NCBI GenBank assembly: GCA_050273025.1
Contig: CP158635.1
Coordinates: forward strand, 6,510,001 to 6,574,000
Reading direction: 5' to 3'
Source of the DNA: Cenococcum geophilum
Taxonomy: Eukaryota
DNA: 64,000 bases
The notes below the pieces were generated by a model that was not told the DNA's origin, did not search any database, and worked only from the letters and a program-made list of their open reading frames with translations. The translations under genes and the position numbers were made by a program. Below, piece by piece: positions 54,235 through 64,000 of the stretch. Numbering within the stretch: position 1 is the first letter of the stretch; each line of letters begins with the position of its first letter.

Positions 54235-56120
54235 AAGCTCTTAAACGCTCTACATAAAAGTTCCGTACGAAGCTCTGCGAAAGCTCTACTAAAAGCTCTA
54301 CTAAAGGCCTTGCAGCACCTTTGCCTACCTAGTGTACTAGCCATACAGTAAATAAAGCACGCTATGCGCAGGGGTCTAAGGGGGTCTCCCCTTTAAAGCT
54401 CTGCTTAAAGCTTTATTTAAAGCCCTATACGAAGCTCTAAAGCTCTACTAACACGCAGCACTAATATACTAGGAAGGTTCTGCAATCGGCCGTATAACCA
54501 CCCATATAGTTAATCGCCGTACAACTATCTCTATAAACGGCTCTACGAACGGCTCTATGAACGGCTCTATAAATGTCTACACGATCGCCCGTATAAACGT
54601 TTATATAATTAATTAATTAAACGTCTATATAATCGATTAATTAAACACCTATATAATTAATCAGACGCCCGTATAAACGTCTCTATAAGCGTCTAAAAAC
54701 GTCTATAAATGTCTTTATAAATGTCTATAATCGCCTATACAATCGTCTATACGAATGTCTATATAATTATCTCTATAAACGTCTATATAAACGCCTACAT
54801 AAACGCCTATACAAAGCTCTACTTAAAGCTCTACTAAAAGCTACTAAGGCCTCTATTAAAGCCTCTGCAAGAGCTCTGCCTACGTAGTAAATAGAGTATA
54901 TAGTGCGCAAGGGGGGTCTAAGGGAGTCTCCCCCTTAAGTTTAAAGCTCTACTCAAAGCTCTACTTAAAGCTTAATACGGCGCTCTAAAGCTCTACTAAC
55001 ACGCAGCACTAATATACTAGGAAGGCTCTATAATCGTCTATATAAACGGCTCTATAAACGGCTCTATGAACGTCTATATAATCGCCCGTATAAACGCCTA
55101 TACAATTAATTAATTAATTAAACGCCTATATAAATAACCAATTAAATGTCCATGTAATTACCTATATAATTATCTCTATAAACGTCTCTGCAGTTAATCG
55201 CCTGTGTAAACACTTGCATATAGCTCTATATAAGGCTCTATATAAAGCTCTACCGAAGCTCTATACAAGGCTCTACATAAAGCTTTACTAAAGCTCTATA
55301 CGAAGCTTTATACGAAGCTCTATATAAAGCTCTACTAAAGCTCTATACGAAGCTCTACTAAAGCTCTATATAAAGCTCTACTAAAGCTCTATATAAAGCT
55401 CTACTAAAGCTCTATATAAAGCTCTACCGAAGCTCTATATAGAGCTCTATATAAAGCTCTATATAAAGCTCTATAAAAGCTCTACTAAACGCTTTACTAA
55501 AGCCTTTATAAGAACTCTGCCTATACGGTAAATAGAGCATATAGTGCGTAGGGGGGGTCTAAGGGGGTCTCCCCCTTAAGCTTAAAGCTTTACTTAAAAC
55601 TCTACTTAAAGCTTAATATAGAGCTCTAAAGCTCTACTAATATACAGCACTAATATACTAGAAAGGCTCTATAATCGTCTATATAAGCAGCTCTATAAAC
55701 GGCTCTATAACCGTCTGCACGATCGCCCATACAAACGCCTATATAATTAATTAATTAATTAATTAACTAAACGCCTATACAAACGTCTCTATAAACAGCT
55801 CTATAAACGGCTCTATATATAGCTTTACGCACAGCTCTACAAACGTCTATATAATTAATTAAACGCCTATACAATTGCCTATACGATTATCTCTATAAAT
55901 ATCTTTATAATTAATCGCCAGAATAAACGGTTGCACGTTTATACATCTATACATAGCTCTGCGTAAGGCTCTGCACGAAGCTCCGCATAAGGCTCTATTA
56001 AAGCTCTATACGAGGCTCTATTAAAGCTCTGTATAAGGCTCTACTAAAGCTCTATATAAGGCTCTACTAAAGCTCTATACGAGGCTCTACTAAAGCTCTA
56101 TATAAAGCTCTACTAAAAGC
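54235..56120. repeat. Hierarchical minisatellite: 11-12-bp units (aagctctacta / aagctctatata; aaacgtctatat) within ~3 higher-order units of ~550-640 bp
   Basis: The anchor 'agctctaaagctctactaa..cagcactaatatactag' recurs at ~54433, ~54983 and ~55622. The motif 'gggggtctaaggg.gtctccccctt' recurs at ~54370, ~54911 and ~55551. Confidence 0.9.
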
Positions 56121-56370
56121 TTACCCCCTACTGCAAAGCATAATAGAGGTATAGGATTTATAAAACAAATCTATACCTACTAGTATATGTTAATTAAGCT
56201 TTATATAATAAGGCTCTAAATTAAAGCCTTGGGTTAATTAACCGGCTTATTAATTATAAACTTGGGTTAAAATTTTCGTTAGGGGGTACTAACGATCCGC
56301 ATATTTATTAGTATAGTAAGGGACGTATAAATATGTATATATATATATATTTATATATATATAGTTATTT

Positions 56371-59300
56371 TGTTACGTGGGAAACTATATTAGGAAATAG
56401 AGGCTTCCTTTACGGGCAAGGCGCCCTTACTTATTAACCCCGGCCAAGCCAAGACTGCCCCTTAACCTCAACCATAAAAGGCCATTTCTCTCGCTGCTTT
56501 TCCTCTCATCCTCTATCTTTCCTTTCTCCTAACGCTGCGCCTCCTCCTCTTCTTACTGCTAGTCCCTAGCATAGTTACATTAAGGCATTTCTGCCGTCCC
56601 TTTAGCGCTAATACGTATGCAAGTTTAGCCCGCTTATTACTTTATTCCCCTATATCTTAGACTAATAATTAATATAGTTAACTACGGCCTTTTCAATAGG
56701 CGAGTCTCTATTTTACGGTAATATATAAATAGTCTTAGCCTTCTCTTCTAATTCCCGCCTCTGGAGCTAATAGCTTTAATTTTTATTAAGCTCTTTTAGC
56801 GCCGCCTCTATCCGCTAAGCGCGTCCATATCCTTACAATTCTATTCTCTCTTTTATATACACCCTCTCTCCTTTTACCTTTTAGATAGCGCTAGTCCGCA
56901 ACCGTCCCATAGAAAGGGGGTTAGGGAAATTCCGCAGTTACTAGCCGCGTTAGCACTATTATCTTATTTAACTCTACTATATATCTCCTTCTAAGATAGG
57001 GAGGGATAGGCGTGCTATATCTGCCCCCTTAAGGGCTTAAGCAAGCTTACGTCGCACTTATTTTAGCTAACCTACGCGCTATTTTCTTACCTAGGATATA
57101 CTATTAGTTAGACGGCCCGCTTTAGCGTTTACTAATAGCTAAAGCCACCTATATTACGGCTGGTATACCTACTAGGCTACCTAGCAGAAAAGTAGCTAGA
57201 CGTTATTAATTTAAGCAACTACCCTATACGGGGCTGTGTTAGGTATTATTTAAACGGATATTACACGGAGTGTCGCCTAGGTGGCTATATATGCCTACCT
57301 AGCGGTATAGTTATATTGCCACGGATGTTTTAGAAACACCGTTTAATCTACTAGTTTAGGGCTAAAGGGCTATTAGCTCTACCTAACTGCTTAACAGTAA
57401 AGTGGTAAAGGATTAACAATCCAGCCTTCTAAGCTATAGGGCTATAGTAGGAACCACCTAGATTAAAATTAGAAGGTTATAGCTTTTGGGCGTATAATAG
57501 ATCTACGGCACTGCGGCATAACTATAAAGGAATCTCTAATACTAGCTAGCTATATTAGAAGGGTTAGTATTATATAGCACCTTATATAGTACTCTATATA
57601 GTCCTTTACCTAGCGCATTTATATATCTATATATAATTACCGTACAAGTAGCAAGTATATCCGTTACTAGGCGGCTAGTATTAGAAAACCCTACCCGCTA
57701 CTAATAATAACACTACCTCCTTCCGTTATAGATAGCTTGTAACGTATACGTATAAGTAGGGCTTTATATCCTATTAATATAAGCGGCGTAGAAGATTAGC
57801 TAGATTAGCATTATTAGGAAGTAAATAGATATATTAGCACTGCCCTTTACTAAGGAATAAGGGTGGAGAATTTAAGCCACTAACCTCCTAATAAGGGGCT
57901 AGATGCGATAGCTATGTTAGAGCTAAATATACTAGCTTAGACGGGCAGATATAGTTTAATCGCAATTTACTAAGGGTGTTAATTAGGTGCTAGGAATTTA
58001 AGCCCTTATAAACCTTTATACCCTATAAACGGCAATTAACCCTAGTTTATGCCGGAGGCGCACGTATTAAATACTTTAATTTAATAAGAAACTTAGGCGA
58101 GGGGTAAAGGGTAAGGGGCAATAGGCGAGTGCTAGTGGCGAAGAGAGGACTAACGCGCACTTAAAAAGACCTTTAATTCCCCCTTAAAGCTTTTAAAAGC
58201 TATAAAATAATAGCAACTCTAATAATAATAACGTTAGTACTACCTTAGTCTTTATTTCGTATTCCTTTTAAAATTTCGCTTAATAAGAACAATTTCTACA
58301 CTAGTCCCCCTAGAAAATTAATAGCTTCGTCTTAGCACTATGCAATTACAGCCCCTAAAAAAAGCGCGAGTAGTAAACCTAAAAGGAGGAGCAGGGGAGT
58401 ACCTCTTTTCCCCCTAAAAAGTTAAGAAGTATTATAAGCTTAAGTACTTAACGGCATGTTATTCCACCTAGGGCCTTAATTTAGATATTCCGTCTAATAA
58501 AGCGCCTATAGACCCTATTTATAATTACAAAAAAGCTAATAATAAGTATTATAAGGATGATAAGGATAACGAGGATAACAAGGAAGATTTCTATAGGGAT
58601 AGAAATAACAGTTAAGTCTCTAGAGGAAGTAATTAAGGTAATTATCCTAGTAATTACCCTACTACTCTCCCTCTTTCCCTAGCAGTTTTAAATATGTAGT
58701 TTTAACGACTAGTAGTAAATCTAATAGTTATTAAAGACGATATAGCTAATCTAGACTCGGAAACTAAGGGCGATAAAGCTAGTAATACTAATAATAAAGC
58801 TAACGAAGCCGATAATTAACTAATACCTTGTAGATTAGGTATATGCTTCCCCTTTTAATTTATAATAGTATTATTTAACAATTAGTAGATAACGGGAATA
58901 ACGGCAGTAGTAAGGGTAATAAAAATAATAAAGAGCTACCTTCGTTAGAAGCGCTAGAAGAGGAGGTACGCGTACCTACGCATGATTATACTATACCCTT
59001 AACGCTAGACGGCAATTAAACAGATAATTTAACTAAAGGGCGTTGTATTAAAACTGCTCCGCAGTTTAGGCAAAAGCTTAGGACATTAGTGGCTGCTAGT
59101 TAAGAGTCTTTAGGAGCTAAAAAGTTAAAGAAGCGGAGGTCTAATCAGCTTAATTAACTAGGTAGCATTAATTATATCTCTAATACTTCTATTAGTAAGA
59201 GTAGCAAGAGCGTATAACCTAGGAAGTAATAAAGGTTACCTACTTTTTAGAGGACTACGCCTTCTAGCTTTCTTACCCTTAGCCTTAATAACGGTAATAG

Positions 59301-59933
59301 TATTAAGGAGCGAGCGGTCTCTACTACGCGGCCTACTAGCCCCTCCCCCTGGCACTATATATCTCCTTATAATACTAAACCACCAGAATATAGGGCTAAT
59401 AATAGTCGTAATTATATTCTAGATAATCTTATAAATGGCTTAACTAAAGAAAGTAATAATAAGGATAATAAGAACGTTACGGATAAAGGCAAGGCCGGGA
59501 ACTACGGTAACGGAAGTAATGACGGTAATAATATAGATAATGACAACTCTAGGGACGGTAATAGTAGTAGTAGCAATGAGGATAATAAGGCCTATAGGTG
59601 TATAGGGCAATAAGGATTACTAACCCCTATTACTAGTTAATTAAAGGTAAAGCGTGCTGCAAAGTATTATTTTTAACGGTCTTACTATTCCCCTTTAATT
59701 TTATCCACATATGCGTCTAACTAAAGCACTACGCTTACTAGTAATTATTGTAAGTAGATTATATCCCCTATATATAATCGCCTCCGTACCAAAAAACTGC
59801 TACTAAGCGCCGCCTCTAGCTCTAACTCTAATAAAGCAATACTAGGAGCCGCCTTAAATACTAATTTAGAAGAAATTTTAATCTAAACAGCTTTTAGGCG
59901 CTAGAAAGACGGGTTATATATTATTAGCGACTC
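56371..59933 (+). mobile_element. Possible LTR element or large TE relic with unidentified Cys-rich and acidic ORF remnants
   Basis: LTR-like segment 56371-56579 (tgttac...gttaca, TATA-like cataaaa, pyrimidine tract). Downstream RIPped coding-like sequence has a Cys cluster at ~57235-57290 and D/E-rich tracts at ~58550 and ~59450-59590. No second LTR in the window. Confidence 0.4.
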
Positions 59934-62424
59934 TGTTAATTGAGATATAAGTACGGTAAAAGGGTCGCGCAAGCCTGGACGATTAGATTGTCTATAAACG
60001 AGAATCTAAAGCTAGGGAAAGGAAAGGAGAAGAAGAGCAGCGCCGTTCGATGTTTTATAAGATCTTCGCGTCACGTGACCGTAATATGCGGCAATCTGTG
60101 GCAACTTGCCGGTGCGTAGTTCTGCTAAGTTCTGCTAGTGCCGTAACATTACCCCCCCCTCCAAAAAAGCCTGCCCTTAGGCTTTGCCGCTAAAAGTCTT
60201 AGTAAGAGAATCTAACTAATTAAATAACTTTAACCGCCGGTTAAAGTTCCTAGATATCTTAACACCTTATATAACTAAGAAATTTCTAGGGCATTTTTAT
60301 CCTTATATTCTTCTAGTAGCTTATTATCTTTATTATACTAGCACTCTATCTACTTATCTAGGTACTTTAGCGGTCCGGGTTTATTAGGGTAACGGCTATA
60401 AAACTCTTAAAGCTTATAGGGGCTACCTATAAAGTTCTATATAGGGTACTAAGTGGGGTCTAGGTTATATCCTTTCTAACTAATATAATACTTTAACGTT
60501 CCCTTTACAAGTTTACAAGCCAGTATTTCTTTAATTTCCCATTTATTATTGTCGTTAACTTAAATTAGCAAGGGAGGTTCATTCTTTTATCTAGGTAGTA
60601 GGTTATTTATAGCTTTCTATAGCTTATCCAGTAAGAAGATAAAGTGAACTTTAATTAAGTCTGGGAGCTTAACCTTGTACGAGTTACCTACTTTATTAAG
60701 AATCTTATATAGTCCTGCCATCTTATAGTCTAGCTTACGGCTAGGCCGTTCTATCTTCTAGTTCTTTATTGTAACCTAGACTATATCGCCTATAGTAAAG
60801 TTAGGCTCGCGCCTATACTTATTCACCTGCTATTCCATTAATTTTTAAGCCTTTTTTAGGTTTATATGGGCTACTTTCTAGGCTTCTTCTAAGCGCTTAG
60901 CGTACTGCTAGGCTTCCTTATAAGATAGTTTTTCGCGTACAGTCTAGGGCCCTTCTAGTCTATCCCAGTTAAAGCTTATATAGGGTAGGTAACCCATTTC
61001 TAGTTAAATAGGGGCAAATCCGGTAGAGTCGTGGGGTAGGGTAGCTTAGGCGTAGTCTATTAAGGGCAATAGTTTAGCCTAATTATCCTAGAAGTAGTTA
61101 ATAAAAGGCCAGAGTCTCTAGTCTAAGTATTAATTTATAATCTCTATTTAACTATTTATCTGGGGGTAATATACTATAGAAAGCTTTAGCTTAATACCTA
61201 GGATCCGGGTGAACTTATTCTAAAAGGCTAATATAAACTGCGGCCTGTAGTCGGATATAATAGTATCTAATAGTCCGTAAATTTGGTAGACGTAGTGGAT
61301 ATACAGTCGGGCTGCCTCTTTAGTATTAATATTCTTATAATAGGGAATTAAGAACGGGCGCTTGCCGAAGCGGTTAACTAGGATTATAACTATATTATAT
61401 CCGTTATGGTCTAGAGGTAGCTTATAAAAGTCTATAGAGATATATTACCAGGGGCGGTCGGGTATTAAAAGGGGTTTTAATAATCCTAGGGTTTTATCTT
61501 ATAGAATTATAGACCTACAGCAGTTATTATAGTTCTGTATATAGCAATTAATATCTATAATTATTTCGGGCTAGTAATAGCGGTTGCTAATAATCCTACG
61601 GGTCTTATTTTTTCTAGGGTGGGCCGTAGAGACCTGGGTATGTGCTTTGGTAATAAGCCGAGTCTATAAGTTCTGTTCCTCTACTACCACTAGCCGTTTA
61701 CGGTGCTTAAGTAGTCCACTTTTAAGGGACTATAGGCTAGAAACGTTCTTTGCCTTTTCGCGGTACTCCTGTAGAGAAGGGGCCGTACGGTTTGCCTGCA
61801 GTAGTTTATTAATAAGGTCTAGTTCTATAGAGTTAATAGGGCATATCTCGGCATCTAAAGAGTCTATATTTAGTTCTGCCCGTATCTAGGAGTTAAGGTG
61901 CTTTAGTTGTAGTAGCGTCTAGGTCCATAATGAGATCTTTATAGCCGTATAGTTACCTAGGTCTTATTTACGTCTAGTAAGAGCATCCGCATAGTTTATA
62001 GCGCCTAGTCTATATATAATTAAGAAGTTAAACTAAGATAGGATATCCGCCTAGCGTGCCTGCCGGGCCGTAAGGGCCTTAGTTATTATAAAGTATTTTA
62101 GGGCCTTATAATCTAACACTACCTTAATAGGTTTAGGGGTCCCCTCTAGCTGTACACGCCAGTGCTAAAAGCTAGAGATAGTAGCCAGTATTTCTTTGTT
62201 ATAGATATAGTAGTTTAGTTTAGCATCTATTATAGTCTTTAAATAGTATATAATAGGGTGCCATTCTCCATCCAGTTGCTTTTAGGAAAAAATACCGGCT
62301 ATTGCGCCGTTTAAGGCATTAGTTTCTAGTATTAAGGGCCGTTCTGGGTTAAAGTGGGTAAGTAAGGGGGCTGACACTAGCCGTTTTTTAAGCTTATTAA
62401 AGGCCTGTATATATATGGCGTTAA

Positions 62425-62510
62425 GGCCGTCGAAATCGGACTCTGCACCTATATGTAGTGACGGCTACGAACCTAGGTCTTCGAAGTTCAGACTTAGAGC
62501 CAACGCAGAG
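62425..62510 (+). ncRNA. Predicted HDV-like self-cleaving ribozyme, copy 2
   Basis: P1 GGCCGTC/GACGGCT (7 bp with G1-U), P2 CTCTGC/GCAGAG, P3/L3 ACC-TATATGT-AGT (RIP variant of ACC-TGTACGT-GGT), P4 CTAGGTCT/AGACTTAG, J4/2 AGCCAAC. Confidence 0.8.
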
Positions 62511-63435
62511 ACGTTGTACAGCGCGTTCTGGTGGGCCTGGTGGTGGTTATATACGTCGTGGGGCGTAGTAAAAAGTTTTTACATGGGATGGTGAGATCTC
62601 GAAAACCACTATAGACGGTACCCCTTTATAATATAGCTATTACTATTCCCCTACTAAGCACCTATACGATCTAACATAGATGTATAGCATTTAATAGCAT
62701 CTCCTAACCCCTAATAGAAAGTATTAATAACCTTTTATATTAACGAATAAGCGAATATAAACAAGTAATAAGTAAATATACGGCCCTTCCTAACCCCTAG
62801 GGTGATCGCCCGCAGAGCATACGATCACTTACTATTAACTATTAAATACTACCTAGCAGCCTGGATAACACCGTGCGGTTTTCCTATCTCCTCTTAAGGA
62901 GTGGTAACCCTTAGCGAGGGCCTAGCAACTAGGGCCTAGGTGTAAAAGATACCTAGGTATATATATATGTCCCGCTCGCCTTTTAGTATAGTAGTAGTTT
63001 ATAGATAAATCCCCCTTACGCCTTTAATAGGCCCTAGGGGGGGGAAGGCATGGCGTATATAGTAATGGTTAAACAAGAGATAGTATATAGGGGATGGCTA
63101 AGATATAGGAAATAACAGTATAGTAATTAATTGGCAAGGCCTAGCTGGGACGTAGTAAACCCTAGCTAGAATAAGCTAGAGAAGGAAGTAGTGGTTCCTA
63201 AGGAGTTCAAATATCTAAGGAGGACAGAATATAGCCGTAGGCTTATAGGGCCGCTGCTATGGACAAACATGGCAAACTGGGGTTTTTTATCCTACTAAGG
63301 TGGCTTATAGGGTTTTTCCTCCCCCAACTATAGGGTTTTTCTTCCTGTAAATTATAAGTTTTTCCCCTATAACGGAGTAGTCTACGTGGGCCGCGTAGGA
63401 TCCGTATTAGATGTTAAGTAATGAAATATTATTAT
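62425..63435 (+). mobile_element. Non-autonomous non-LTR retroposon (SINE/SIDE-like, 1011 bp), copy 2, inserted in pol of Gypsy E
   Basis: 15-bp TSD TATATATGGCGTTAA (62410-62424 / 63436-63450) and a (TAT)n tail, probably RIPped (TAC)n. Homologous to 29250-30236. Confidence 0.9.
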
Positions 63436-64000
63436 TATATATGGCGTTAAAGTAGAAGGGCTAGTCTTTCCTAGTAAGGCGGTTAAGAGGCTAGGCGATT
63501 CTGCTATAGTTCTTAATAAAGTGTTAGTAGAAGCTACAGAAACCTAAAAATAATTATACCCCCTTTATAGTCCGTGGGGGCGTCTACTGGTTAATTGCGG
63601 CCGTTTTCTTTGGGTTGGCCTTAATTCTGTTTATGCTAATAATAAAACCTAAGTACTTTATATGCTTAATACTAAATTCTAACTTCTTAATATTGGCCTG
63701 GAGGCTAGCTTCGCGGAGCCGTTATAGGACTTTATAGACGTGCTCCTCGTATTCTAGTTTGTTCTCTAAGTATATTATAATATTATCTAGATAGGCCGTA
63801 TAGAAGTCGTTAAGGTAGTTAAAGAGTATATCGTTTAATTACCGCTAGTACGTAGCTGGTCCGTTAGTTAGTCTAAAAGGAAGTACCTTATATTTATACG
63901 TTCTGTAATAGGTCTAAAATATAGTAAAATCCTTAGACCTGGGGTTTATCCTAATTTGGTAAAAGGCCTGGCGGATATTAAGCTTAGTAAAAACCTTAGC

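Larger units (their letters stand above)
59934..64000 (-). mobile_element. Ty3/Gypsy chromovirus E, 3' half (RT-RH-INT-chromodomain, PPT, 3' LTR), RIP-degraded
   Basis: RT 'DFYTAYLD(D)I' at ~63780-63810, chromodomain 'WEIKEILACKLVKGTLKY' at ~60490-60543, and PPT complement ttacccccccctcc at 60149. LTR ~59934-60148 (left edge inferred). Confidence 0.9.

Noticed and set aside
54235..56120. CRISPR-like array
   Set aside because: The units are tandem with no unique spacers, there are no cas genes, and the context is a RIPped fungal repeat.
56143..56190. Helitron 3' end (hairpin followed by CTAG)
   Set aside because: The hairpin is AT-rich and abuts CTAG without the usual spacing. CTAG is abundant in RIPped DNA, and no Rep/helicase relic was recognised.
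5042..61889. All eleven short ORFs in the supplied track
   Set aside because: They are 60-101 aa, mostly I/L/Y-rich, and lie in LTRs, antisense to pol relics, or in non-coding repeat interiors. Homologous copies do not keep the frames open.
1..64000. Assignment to a named species or to named TE families
   Set aside because: It cannot be supported without a database search, so neutral family labels are used.

Overview
Gene-free, AT-rich block from a filamentous ascomycete (inferred from pervasive RIP-type C>T/G>A damage: TpA excess, CpA/TpG depletion). It consists almost entirely of nested transposon relics. No intact protein-coding gene was found, and the supplied ORFs are judged spurious. 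Reconstructed layout: a minus-strand Ty3/Gypsy (family C, 39176-52902) hosts a plus-strand family-C copy (3' end 31247-39175) and a complete family-A Gypsy (41161-49116, TSD CTATT). The plus-strand C copy hosts Gypsy D (31459-38667, TSD ATCCT) and Gypsy A' (5356-31246). A' in turn hosts two family-A copies (1-5355; 6467-14422, TSD AATAT), a non-autonomous Copia-type LTR element (15043-18103, TSD ATACC) carrying a Mutator-like MITE, a GalEa-like Copia (18907-25008, TSD GTTAC) and a ~1 kb SINE-like retroposon. The right end holds an unidentified gene relic, a hierarchical minisatellite, a possible further LTR element, and Gypsy E (59934-64000) with a second retroposon copy. Most notable: (1) both ~1 kb retroposon copies start exactly at G1 of a predicted HDV-like self-cleaving ribozyme that shows covariation; (2) a hairpin/CCAAT-like 3'-UTR module is shared by one Copia and three different Gypsy families; (3) family A/A' carries an antisense Zn2Cys6-like ORF relic; (4) the A and A' self-priming sites show a compensatory change. 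Family letters are my own labels, and all translations were read by eye.
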